Translations under genes and position numbers: made by a program
NCBI GenBank assembly: GCA_051362555.1
Contig: CM120640.1
Location: forward strand, 12,896,001 to 12,960,000
Direction of reading: 5' to 3'
Source of the DNA: Lingula anatina
Lineage: Eukaryota; Animalia; Brachiopoda
Length of the DNA: 64,000 nucleotides
The notes under the pieces: model-generated
What the model was told of the DNA's origin: nothing
The model's input: the letters and a program-made list of their open reading frames with translations, nothing else
Databases searched by the model: none
Part shown: one piece after another, positions 12,209-25,193 of the stretch
How the letters are laid out: each line of letters starts with the position of its first letter
Numbering within the stretch: the stretch's first letter is position 1

Positions 12209-13394
12209 TCATGCTTTGAACACTTTGCATTCTCGGAGATCCAGCTTCACAGAAGTTGGCAATGTGTCTGAAATAAAGAAGCACTGTAAATTGCTTGAAA
12301 TTCTTCACTAAGGATCATCAGTATTCTACAAGGTCATCTCTAATATTTCATTTTTAAAAAATATTATGATAATGATTTTGAAAGATGTTCTTTAACAATA
12401 AGATATATCATACCTGAATATGAACATCTTGCCCATTCATCATACTGCTGCATTTTTACAATTTCAGATAAATACTGAAAAAAAGTGCAAATCCATGACA
12501 GAGGTATGAGAATTTTCTTTGAGGAGACACACATTTGTTTCTAACGAAGAAATTGAGATAAATAACAGTTATCAGAGTTTATTTATTTCAGCATTGAGTT
12601 ATATGAGTTTTTCATGCATACATCTCATATTTATGACAAAAATGAGACATATCAGCTTTTTACAAAACAGCAATCATCTATAAAAGGCTAGGAAAACACA
12701 ATAATCCATTTAGCCTTTCTATAAGTCACCTACCTCAATGACTGGTACATCTCCAGGATGAACACTCAATCTTGTATCACAGAACTCCGTGGACTTCATG
12801 TTGTATACATTGGCCCTTTCTAAAGGATGAGCACTGCAAAGAGAAAAGCCACATCACATCTCAGTCACAGGTAAAGCAATGGAAAAGATAATGAAAACAA
12901 TGCTTATCATGACCAGGAATGGTATCTTAATCAAAATAATTTGTATCACAAAAATTAGGGTTTCATATTCAATCTAGATTACATGTATTTATTTTTTCTA
13001 CCATTTAATGATATTCATAAATGCTACCATGTTGGTAGGAAAGATCTACTAAGAAAGTACTACACTCACAAATCATTGTCTTGGAAACTACTGGGTTCTT
13101 TCTGGCAAAAGCAATGATAGTAAATAAATGCTCTGGTGGCTAGCTCCAGAAGTTCACTGTAAATTGAGCAAAATGAAAGAAGACACAGTAATATTACTCT
13201 TGTAAGTGGGAAGTTAGATAAAAGGGAATATGATCATGGTGAAGCCTATGAACTTCATTGTAATCTTTTCACCAGTAAAGAAAGTGTTGGTATGACAAGA
13301 TGTTTTATGCTTGTATTGTGCACATCATACATTTACGTCCTCTGATATTATTATTGAAAAGTAATTATTTTGAATGGACAACAACATGTTACAA

Positions 13395-13447
<53 letters not shown>

Positions 13448-16400
13448 TAACCAAATAAAATAAATAATAAAATAATATAAATAAATTCTCACCAGTGGAC
13501 AAATGGAATGTAAGTGTCTTCTGTTTTGAATATCTTTCTCTGTTTGTATATATCTTTAATAATGTGTCCCTTAAAAAACAAAGTTACTATTACTGACCTT
13601 GTATTCTACATTCATAAAATGTTGAAACATCATACACAAAATAATTATGACTATTAATTAATCTCATGTTTCCTATCAACTTTTTTTTTAGATGTTTTTC
13701 TTTAATAATAGTAATTAAATTACTGGCATAAACATTCCACTGAAGTATTTTTCATACTTTTTCAGTTTGTCCAATACTCAAACACATTTGATAGATCAAT
13801 GATTTTTTTTTTTGGCAAGTGAGAAATCCATTGCCATATCTTGAACATCTGTGTGTGTGATCTTGATCTTTAAGTTATAATTATTTTATTAGGTTGTCAA
13901 CCACCATGATGTCAAGTACAAATCATTCTATAGAGCTGAACAAAAAAAGAGCTACACATGTTGGTATTAAAATGACAAGGTTGATTTTTGTGACAAATAA
14001 CTTGCCTGATTTCCCTTTACAACTAATCAACACAGAACACATGAAAAGAGACATTTTTAATTAATTTTAAAGCAGGACTTACTTTATAAGCTGGAGCAGT
14101 CAGCATTTTTCTTTCAATATCCAGAACAGAGACATAGTTCTGAAAAGTCAAAAACTATATATTTTCTTTCTACCAACCAAAGAATCTGATTAAAATGACA
14201 TATCATGCACACTTGTAATTTTTTTTGATTTTTATTATGATTGGGTAGGCACTTTTTTTATTTTGGAGTGGGGCTGAGTGCCTGAAAAGAGTTAATGTCA
14301 GGCCCTGAGCACATGCATACATTTGTACAATTGCATGTTCACAACTGAGGCACCACATTATTCAGAACTGCAACAAACTAGCAATGGTGACAAGGCCCAT
14401 ATTTTCAGTTTTTCCTCTTTTTATAATTCATTTAGTAAGGTCCCCAACAATGCACAAATGCAAGTGCCTGCACACAGAAGCAATATAACTGTATTCCTAC
14501 CCTAACAGAGCTTGGCACTAAAGGACTGCTTGTTCTTCGTTCAGGGCGGCACATTCCAAGTAGTTTGAAGTGAGCTAAGTCAACCATCTTGATTTGTTTT
14601 GGTTTGCTCAAACATGGCACTACAGCATGGTTTGGACTGAAATGTTAAATAATGCAAATGAAAACAATCTGATGTGTCTAAGAGTGAATTATTTTTGCAA
14701 TTAGAAACAGCAAATACTCTGATATGTAAACACGTTCTTCAAAGATTTTGAATTATCTTAGTCATGATACTAATTTCATTATTTAAGAAGTACCTTGAAC
14801 TGTCATTTCAATATTTAATACTCAAATATCACTTTATCATATAGTATGTTTAACCTTTCATTTACCAGTACATTGGTATTAGAGTATTGGCACATGTGTT
14901 TTTTTTTTTTTGTGCTGCATATACATGTAGTTAAGAATTTTTTTCTGAAAATCTTTAAAAACTTGGTGAATTGGACCGAGTAATTAATCTATGCCACATA
15001 CATTGTATGACCTGGTAAAAACAACCACAGTGCAGTGACAATGGCTGTTACAGCTTTTTCATCTTTGGCACCACCAAGCACAACAAGAGGGCGTCCTGTC
15101 AGCAAAGTTGCCAGGATTTCTGGGCTGCAGCGATATTCTTGGAAAACTTTCAGAATACCATGACCTGTATCAGAAAAAAAGCAAACAGTTTTTACATTTT
15201 TACTTTCAAAATTTATATATCATAAAGAGTTACTGAATTAGCTCTTATGGTCTGGAAATTTGGCATAAAATTTGACCTTGACATTTCACCTGACCAGTAT
15301 TCCAGTGCAACAAATCTTGTTATAAGTACTTAATATTACATTGGTTGACTCTTCCCCTCTCCTCTAACTTCTAATTACCTTCAATTCAGATAACATCTCA
15401 GCAAAAATGACAAGTAATCAATGCTACATTTATTCTTAAAATCATTATAAAATATGCAGGTCACACAATAAATATAACTGAGTAGATGCTCTTCACACTT
15501 AAATCAATTTAACATAAATCAATAACTTACATCACATTGATTACAAGACATAGAATATTGTGATTAGTAAAGAAAAAAAGGCATTTTCACACTCATGTTT
15601 TTTTATAATAAATATATAAAAAACACAAGAATGTTTGAATGTATGACAAAGAAACATAACAATTATGCCTGCAAAAATGAAGTTGTTCTCATTTCTGGCT
15701 GACTAAATTAATAATGTCTGCAATATGCTGACACATTTGTGATGACACCACTGCATGATAATCAACTTACCTATAGATGAGGAATTCAGACTGAATATGT
15801 GGTCAGCTGCACTTATCACAGCAACTTTTCGACTTCTATAATACAAAATAAAAATATTTTGGTCAGTGATAAGGTGAGTATGGATATATCTAATAATACT
15901 GAACAATGAGTAATAATCCACAACTATTTGTGAAAATTTTTCCATGCAAGTGAGACTAGTTATACATACATGTTAAACTGTTTTTCATTATAACTGTAGC
16001 CTAGCCAAAAATCTTAACATATGGGGGTAGGGGTGGTGGCAGAGGCGAGGATATACTTAACTGGAATCTAACATCATCGCGCGAAACTCTGGCACACAAA
16101 TTTCCAAATACTATCAAAATGGGCTTGAAAGACAAATCAAAATATCTAAATAACTCTTAAGACAGCCAAGAATTTTTTTTTCAGAAACTAATAAAAATAA
16201 TAGGTGCAATTAAGAATTGGAAGAAGAAAGGAAAGAAAGCTGACAAATTGAATCTGCAAGACCAAGAGTAATGTGGGTGGAAGAAAACCATGATTATAAT
16301 CAGTGGGAAAGGGAAATATCACAGTCTGTAGCAGGGAGTGCAGTATACTTACATGTTAGATTCTAGGTCTGTGGGTGAGGATGATATGAGATCATCACTG

Positions 16401-17893
16401 GTACAATTACTGTCCATGGATACTGCAAAATAACCATTATAACAATGTCATCTTGGCATTTTGTTTTATGAAAAGTTTTATAAAATGAAAAGAGTGCAAC
16501 TAAGCACTTCCAATTTTTTCCAATTTAGACAAATTGACATGATTTTAATTATTTCTCATGGTAAGCTAACTTTATTGTGCTACATCTTTTTCAAATCACT
16601 GTGTAATAATTTTCAAAGAATTTCTACTTTTATGGCTAATCAGAAGGGGACCTTACTTAAAATAGCCCCTCACACACACCAATATCTTTTGACAAAATAT
16701 ACTAACTAGCTCTGTCATAGAAGGATCTCCTTGTAGTATACAAATCTTGGTCAACATCTGTGCCAAAACTGATATCTGTAGCAGTCGTAAAACTACGCTC
16801 ACTGCTTGTTCCAGCACTACTTCCTGTCAAATATCTCTCTGAAATAACAAATAATGAATAGAAGACAAACCAACAGTGAACATTTAGTAATTGCTTACCA
16901 TGTGCTGCCTTATAAGCTTAATGCATAAAACTATCCAGGGGATTGCTACACCACAAATTTATCACCAAGTCTTGGCAAAATGCTGAAAATTGCATACAGT
17001 ATCTACATTTATGGTCGTATGGAAATAACAATGCTCCCTCAGAAAAAAAAACAAAAAAGAAATTTCTTTTGATAATATCCTATCCTACTTGCTCTAATTG
17101 ACATACCTCGTGCTTTGGGTGGTTCATAAACATCTCCTTCTTTATAGTTAATGACAAAGTAATCATCTGCTTCACTTATGCTGTATCTGTTTCTTGGACT
17201 GTGTCTGAAAATTGTCCAATGGCATATATCAACCCTTTACCTTCCAAAGCTTTAATTTTATGTGGAACTTTCAACACTTTTAAATCTATACCTGTGTTAG
17301 TATTTTGAACAAATGGTAAAAGTTCACTATACAGAAACAAGGGTAGGATACATATTTAACTTGTTTCTTTAAATCAATGGAAAAAGAACATTTTTGCATT
17401 GTTTCATATGGTTCCTGTATAATTTCTTTCTAAAAACAAAATAATGGTTGATGACAACTTACTCATCACAATGAGAAGAATTGGCATAAATAAATGCAAC
17501 CTCTGCTGCACTGGAAACACCAGAATGGACAGACTCTCTGTCATCTTGGATGGAGTAGAAGGATTCACTGGAATTAAAACTGCCCAACGTGTCTTCCTGG
17601 AATTAATATCAAATCAGTCACAAATCCTCTTCACAGTTTGAGGTTATGAAGTGAAACTGAAACACATGATATACTAATATTTTTTTCTTCTAAAAGTCAC
17701 CGTTAGATAATTATTAAGGGAAATGAAAATGAAAAAGAAATCAGTCTTTCATCCAAAAATGTTTCCCCAATATGTAACTATTTTTGCAAATTAAAAATCT
17801 TTTCATAGATAAAATTATAATTATGATGAAAACAATAATTTATGTGACAACATGCAAAATGGACATATACTGATAAAAAATTATGTATATATA

Positions 17894-17948
<55 letters not shown>

Positions 17949-20900
17949 ATTGTTTGTTTCTTAAGCAAATCATTTGCAAACTAGATTGAAAATATCACAT
18001 ACAAATCAATTTCGACCTAAAAAGAGCAATAAAACATGCCATTCATACTTTAATTTTTATTTCATCTTCTCCACAGACACTTACAGAAAGCCTTCTACGA
18101 AGAAGGTTGTTGGAAGGTAAGGACATTCCGTATCCTCCATCTGCAAGCCTGTAAACCAAACACTGATACAGAGTCAACATGTTGCATTCCAAAAGAAAAG
18201 AAACTAAGACGGCTTTAGGTCTGCTAGTATAAGCCCTGGTCTGCAAAATTTCTAAAGAAGTTCTCTGGTGGTACTAAATTAAGTAACAAGTCTTTGTTAA
18301 CCTCCATTTTGTGCATTCTGAACTGTTTCCTAAAGATAGTTTATACATACAAATTAAGAAAATAGGGCCCAAAAATGTCTTATCTCAATCGGTATGTGCA
18401 CCGAGTTACATGCCAAGACCCAAGCTGTTCCTAGTTTACATGTCCCACAATAAAGAAAAAGACAAAAAAGACATACTACAGCTAATAACAAGAAGACCGT
18501 CTTAAAATATTTGTCTAGGAAATGCAAATGACACATTGAAATCCTACAAATCAAGCTCGCAACATCATAACAGACTTTTCAAGCACACACTTAAATGTCC
18601 TGGCAATACATTGCTTACTAGGTAATGGCATTCATGAAATAATAAGTTTGCTATTTACTTAAATGATTTATATGATGCATGTAAACACATAAAGGCAGCT
18701 ATGAAGCTTAAAGGTATACTGTGATGAAAAAACGGGTTAAAACTATCCATTAGGTGCCCAAAAGTCATTTTTGAGTAATGAAAAAAAGTTCTTACGTTTA
18801 TTTAGTTTTTAAAGCCGATTTTATGCAGGTGTGAATGTAGTTTATGATACTCCCGCGTGGTGGCGCTTTGAGGCGAGTGACGTCACTAGCGTCGAGGCTC
18901 AGAAAGCCATATTCGATTCAGCTATCCGCTTGCTAGCAGTGCAAACTAAAAGCGATACACGCAATTGATCACTACATGATCATTTATAAATTCAATCTTT
19001 TGAAGATAGATACACAAAAGAAGATGAATTCCCTACGTGGTTATCATTTATTAACCAACAAAATACACCAATACTATGTTAACAGTAAAGGTTTGGAAGC
19101 AGGGCAGCGAACATAGTTTTTCACACATTGCCCATCTGTCGCGTCGGCTGAACGTTCTTATCCCGACTGATAAGAAAAAGTTACCTAATACATGCAGGTG
19201 TGACAGCTAACGTTATTTTTCACACCCGTGCAGTTTACCAGTGTCATTCCGGGAGAACCAGGTCAGTGGACAAAAGACCAAAGATATCGGACTGATAGCA
19301 TCGGACACTACATTTCACACCTCTGCAACTTAATTTTACCTCGCTACTTCTGCCTTACACGTGATCAGTGCAGCAGTATGTCGAGTAAAAATTTGATTCC
19401 ACTATCATGTTAATATTAAAGTTTTCACTAACATAACCAAAAAATTCGACAACGTAATTCTGCTACGAAATATTTTTGGGCTCTAGAAGCTGCTCTCTTC
19501 TTCCTTTCGACGGCCACATCATGCACACATCCTACAGGTAAGACTCTCGTCGGCAGCGCTCTGGCATTTACTGTCGCATTTTGGTACTCCGAAAAATCGA
19601 ATATACTGGGTACAGCATCATCTTTAAGTTTTCTCCGTGCTTTTCCACCGCACAATTCAGCACGCAGGTCACGTACGAAGCATTCCGGCTCGAAGTGGTC
19701 GCTACAGATCCTCGCGTGTTTTGACACTGTGCTGGGGTTCAGAGAATTGAGCCAAATTTTACGTTTTGCGGCATCCGCAGGCAGGATATAATAGCAGATG
19801 TCTTTCTTATTGTAACCTACATTACGGCACCCGGGAGCAACACAACTTTGCGGCATTTGTTTTTCTGACACCTGGATGTTTAGTCGCCTACTGCATAGTA
19901 TATACTATTACTAGTACAGCTGTGGGAAGCTACTCCCCGGGTTACGTCACTAGAAACTGACCAATCAGAATTTTCTCATCTAAATCTCATCTTTTCTCTC
20001 TAAAACTTAAAAAGAACATTTTTTTGACGTCGATTTATAGTTTTTATACTATAAAAAAAGCAATGAACGCCCTGTGTTCCTAGAGCACAGTAGGCCTTTA
20101 ACACCCCATTTCCATAGATAAGATCGACCTACTTTAGATCGACCTAACTCCCTGGGGGTTCACGCTAAATAGCTGTCAGCCGGGCGGACACGAAAGTTAA
20201 TTACCCCCTTACAGCTTGTAGTAGGCGGGACGGACATTTAAGTCGGATTATCTGAAAGTAATCTAGTGAGACTCCCCACGGGGATAGATCGATCTAAAAT
20301 CTATGGGAATAGAGCCTAAGATAAATCATATAATCAAACAACCCCCTTCCCCTGAATACAAATGAGCAAAAAAAAAAAAACAAAAAAAAACAAAACATTG
20401 AATAAGTGTGAATGTCCACAAGAATTCACCTTCCTGAATGCTGCATAAAGTTTAATGTCACACATCTTCCTATGGTGAGGAGGCCAGCGGCAGGATCTGG
20501 AATAATGGTAAGACAGTAGTCACAAAATTATTTGAACAGAACATGAGTTTCAACTTTAAATTCTTGACATGTTATTGAACATGTCAGCTTGGGTTTGCCT
20601 GCTTATGTAGGTACATGTAAATGCATGTCATACCTGCCTCCTTGGTTTCTACATGGAGTACTGTTAAGATAACTTGCCACAATAAAACTGAAGATGACAG
20701 TATTGAAAATATAATCAACCATGGCCTTATCATTAAAAAGGGACAATATGATTGAAACATGTAAGGGTATGGGTCATTTAGGGGTATATCATACCTATCA
20801 GTGTTCCCTCCTCCTTTTCTATTTGCAGGGTGGCCAGATCTCTGCTAAAGTACTACAAATAACGCACTGTTATATATTTCTTAGTTAGCATTAGAAGACA

Positions 20901-22758
20901 TACACAATATAAAACATTCCTTTGTTCCTTTCATACAAGTTTTTCTTTATTAAATATTTGTTATATATGACCTAGTCCTGTTAATATCTTTTAATACTAA
21001 ATGCTTATATACTAGAGTTTGTTATAAACTGAGAACTTAAACCTTGATGGTCATGAACAGAAAGCACTGGGAAATTTTATTGCTTTGGCATGCATATCTT
21101 AATACTGTGCAAAAAGAGAAGTAAGGATAATCAGAGTTTTACATTATGAAGCTAGTGTGGTGGTTTCTTACCCTCTGAATACACCGTAGCCTGCGAAGAG
21201 CATTATGTGACCCCCAAGGACAAAGCTCATGCAAGTTTCGCAGCAGTTTGTCAAATTTTTTCCTGAAGAAAGCACTTGAAAGAATCTGCGGCTAAAAAGA
21301 AACTGTCACATTATAAAATCAACTGTCTTAACACAGCAGGGATTGGGCTAAAGCTTTTCTGCAGTCACAATGAATGTTATGCTTAAGATAAAATGATACA
21401 TTTTTATTCCTTAAAATTGTTACGTGAAAGCTGAAACTGCTGAAACATTTGATAATCCAAAATATATTAAAATTATCATTACCTGATATTCTCTGGTCTC
21501 ATCAAACAGACGACAGGGCTTGTAATCACTATAAAGACTGTAGACTGAAGCTAAAAATATATTTTGAAAGGTAAAGGTCAAAAAGAAAAAAAAATATGTC
21601 AAACAAAATGATTATAAAAAAAATAAACCTTGAAACAGATCTACTAAGCTGGTAATTATTTGACTTTCTCTTGGTTGTCTCACATCTGCATTATCATTTC
21701 CAAATAATACAAACAGAAAGTTGTGAAAAATAAATATTGAGAGATCTCTATCCTATTAGCATAAATTATTTTTAATACTGTTGCACATACATAGAAATAT
21801 TTAATAAACCTTTTCTTCTGGGTGTTTCTTTGATACAGTTAACATCCTCTTTCTTTTCCTCTGTGTTGATCTCTTCCTGTACAATTTCTTCTTCTCTCTC
21901 ATGCTCTTCCTCAAAATCCATAGATCTTGACATAAAAAAACGGTCTTCTGCCTGTTTGAGTTTTAGTTCCATTTTCTTATCAGTCTGTTAAAAAAAAGCT
22001 CAATTTTGTTAATCTTTATAGTACTGTGAGTTAAACAGAAAATGGCATGCTATGATTCTTGTTGCCACTGACGGTAGTTTCTTTGATTATAGGGAGTGAT
22101 TAAATAGGGAAAGGATCAAAACTTCTATATTTCCTTTAAATTCAATGAAACAGAAAGACAAAAAAAAAAAAAAATACTCAGCTACATACCAGCAGTGGCA
22201 TGATAACCTTCTCAATATGCTTGGCCTCAGCAATCATACTCTCAACTTGAGTAATTGTTAGTTCCTTGTGAAGAGAATTTTATCATATGATCTTGATAAT
22301 AATTTTAAAATTCATCAAATGGCTTATTTTGAAAAACAAACATTTGTTTTTTTCTTGTACACAGACATAATAAGCATGCTGCAGTTCTATCAGCAAATAA
22401 TTAATTATATAAACAACACTACAGGGTAATATTACACTTTCAAATTATAACAAATATTAGAAAATTTTGTATTTCAATTGTTGCAATTCACCCTCACTTT
22501 AAAAATTGAGACTTTGTTCTAAAAAAACTCACTGATAAAACATCATTTTCATCTGTTGAATCAGATTCTTTGGGTTTTGGAGGTTCCCCTTCTAATTTTT
22601 GCAGACATTCTGAAAAATATTGATAAGAACAAGACATTTTATAACACACTGGTTACAAAGATGAAAAGACCCTGCCTTTTAGATGATAAGCTTTACAAAT
22701 TATTTTGCATGAAAAGTGAAATTTAGAATAAATAAACTTTGCTAAACAATATCACAGA

Positions 22759-22808
<50 letters not shown>

Positions 22809-25193
22809 CTCAACCCAACAGCTTATCTACATTGTACATTTCAAACTAAAATCTATAACATAATGAAGACCATCTGACTAAGGCCATGAATGTAAAATAA
22901 TTGCTGCTTTTTCAGTGTATTTGAAATATTCTTTTTCAGGGGCAGATCCAGAAATATTTTTAGCAGTCTTCCAAATTATCTTTGTTGATCAATCCTCCAT
23001 TGTTGACTGTCTTCCGACAGAAAAAATAAGATACCCATCGATGTAAACTTGAAAATCTGACTGCCTTCCAGAAGACCCAGACTCAATCTGTCCCTGTTTT
23101 TAATAATATTCTCTTGTGACAACACTGTTAATATTGATACCTTAAAACACTACAGATACCTTTATGTACTGGAATGATTGATCTATTGTCCTTAGTACAA
23201 ATGTTGTTCTTTAGTCTGACAAGCTTTTTTTTCATATTTTTTATTCAACAAAATATTTCAGTGGACTTTATCTTACCTTTTGTGTGTTCCAAATTTTTTA
23301 TATGATGTTTGATGTCTTTCAAGAACAGAAGTTTATTTGCATAGGAGAAACATTTTGAGACCTAGAATTAAATGAACAAGATCATAATCATCATTTATCA
23401 ATAACAAATTGAATTCAATTCATACAAGCAGATATTAAATAACTAAAATGATACCCTCCAGACCTACTTAATTTAGATTAACTAATACATAATGGTCATA
23501 CCTTGCTAAATTCATTCAGCATGTCTTCATAGGCACTCAACATTTTACTGAAAAGTAATAAATAGCATTTAAATAAACATATTAGTGAAAATAAACACTA
23601 TATATAAATTAAAGATATATAAATATTAAGGTTAAAAATGGGCTAGCTATTATGATTTTCAGAATCGCAATGGAAACCTTTTTTTCTAGAAACACACTGA
23701 CACATGCCATAACACTTCATATTTCAATTATCAAAAACAAAAAGTAACATTTACTTACAATAAACAGGCTAAAAGTCACAACAAAATATAAATATAAAAC
23801 ACCTTTTAAACAAATATAGCCATGTCCTCATCTGTGAATTTTACCTTATACGTAGCCCTAAAATGTTGGTTAATACAAAGCATCTTACTTTTCATCTGCT
23901 GTTACATAAGCCATGCAGAAAGGTCGCACAAACCCACGCGCATGAATATCGTAGAGTGTGAAGTGGTGCACCTACAAACAATATAAACTTGATTGCATTT
24001 CATCAAACTGACCAATAATCAGGGACAAATATGGTAAAAATAAAGACACACTCTTTCCACACACACACACACACACACACACACAGATAAATACCAACAT
24101 TCAATGAGTTGCACATATTACAATTTACTAAGTTGTCAAGTATTATTTTCCCTTTAGACAAGGCTACAATGATGGACACCATACCAGTGAGACAGTGATT
24201 AATATTTTCACATGACAATAACATAAACTGACAATGCAAACTTTACTCCTTTAAGATGTCAACAAATCAATGTGTAATGCATGTTTGAAAAAAAAAGTTG
24301 AACAGCCTTTTGAGAAATATTAAGATGAAATCATGGCATTTACATATGCATAGACTCCTTCTCGGTTTTCCAGGATCATAACTTGAGTATCATCTGACAC
24401 AGTAAATGTATTACTAAAAAAGACAAATATGTTTTTAATTAAATTCAATTTTCACTTAAAACATTTTAGTGTCAAATCTTAAGCTTAGAAGAGAAAATGA
24501 TATATTGTATGATAACTAAAATAAATAGTTTGCTAGACATATTTTATCATTGGGAATTTAGCATACAACAATTTTCTGCCTTGCAAGATCTTAAATTGGG
24601 TACAAACTTTGAAATGTTGTGGTAATCCACTGACATAATCTTGACAGCAAAGTTGTTTTTGTCAAACTGCCCACCTGTGCCATAGGGGATGGTTAACTGG
24701 TAAAAATAAAACAACATCAAATTTTGGAGATATACTGTATAGTATAGTATATATCTATATATTCCATTGACACATTTCAATTCAAAAAGGTTTTATTGAT
24801 GACAAATAGCATGCTGAAATTAAAATGTCTATATGAAATCATATTAGATTTCATGATAACAGAAAGTTACTATTTTGACTGGTGTGAAAACAAACTGATT
24901 GATAAACATTGATAAACATTTATGATAACCAAAAATGTGTACATTTAAAGACAACCAAACTAATTTTTTCACCAATAGAAATTTAGTAAAGCAGAACCTA
25001 CCACAGGTCTGGGTCCTTCTAATTCAGAAAACTCGGCAAGTAGCACAAAATCTTTTTCTATGGGTGATCTCAAGTTCCATGGATCTGGTTTTTCATAAAT
25101 TGGCAGCAAATCAGGAGCAATGTGTTCTTCTATGGACTCATCTTCTTCATTTGGGTGATAGTAAGCTGCCACATCTGCGTAGCCACCAAACAT
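12209..25193 (-). CDS. SMCR8: SMCR8 homolog (longin/DENN subunit of the C9orf72-SMCR8-WDR41 complex), 27 coding exons, ~835 aa
   Basis: Motifs KDFVLLAEFSELEGPRPVLTIP, AVKIMSVDYH, VHHFTLYDIHARGFVRPFCMAYV, FDKLLRNLHELC, LLTGRPLVVLG, YLSEIVK. Exons with GT-AG sites and continuous frame: 25002-25193, 24608-24696, 24344-24413, 23889-23971, 23502-23547, 23277-23361, 22533-22609, 22190-22264, 21810-21984, 21483-21550, 21172-21291, 20795-20852, 20430-20496, 18085-18148, 17463-17596, 17107-17204, 16707-16838, 16353-16422, 15771-15835, 15002-15164, 14501-14636, 14083-14139, 13493-13569, 13070-13156, 12734-12833, 12414-12474, 12209-12267 (sum 2508 nt). Confidence 0.92.
13395..13443. repeat. (AAT)n microsatellite
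   Basis: Direct observation. Confidence 0.95.
17886..17947. repeat. (TA)n microsatellite
   Basis: Direct observation. Confidence 0.95.
18712..20097 (-). mobile_element. Non-autonomous Kolobok-type DNA transposon (~1.39 kb) in SMCR8 intron 13
   Basis: TTAA duplications at 18708-18711 and 20098-20101; terminal inverted repeat AGG(TA/CC)TACTGTG; internal THAP ORF; CpG-richer than the host intron. TTAA target, purine-purine termini and THAP fit Kolobok. Confidence 0.8.
19428..19856 (-). CDS. THAP zinc-finger ORF (truncated transposase N-terminus)
   Basis: MPQSCVAPGCRN...P...W...ICSDHFEPECF...LKDDAVPSIF is a complete C2CH THAP signature with AVP box; ATG at 19856; no catalytic domain follows. 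Confidence 0.8.
   Translation of the reverse strand: MPQSCVAPGCRNVGYNKKDICYYILPADAAKRKIWLNSLNPSTVSKHARICSDHFEPECFVRDLRAELCGGKARRKLKDDAVPSIFDFSEYQNATVNARALPTRVLPVGCVHDVAVERKKRAASRAQKYFVAELRCRIFWLC
20102..20316. mobile_element. PIF/Harbinger-type MITE (family copy 1)
   Basis: TAA on both sides (20099-20101, 20317-20319); imperfect TIR ccatttccatagat / atctatgggaata; close paralog at 59417-59641. Confidence 0.75.
24058..24084. repeat. (CA)n microsatellite
   Basis: Direct observation. Confidence 0.95.

Noticed and set aside
22937-23096. caggggcagat...atctgtccctg short inverted ends
   Set aside because: Probably an old MITE, but the TIR is short, there is no TSD and no second copy in the window.
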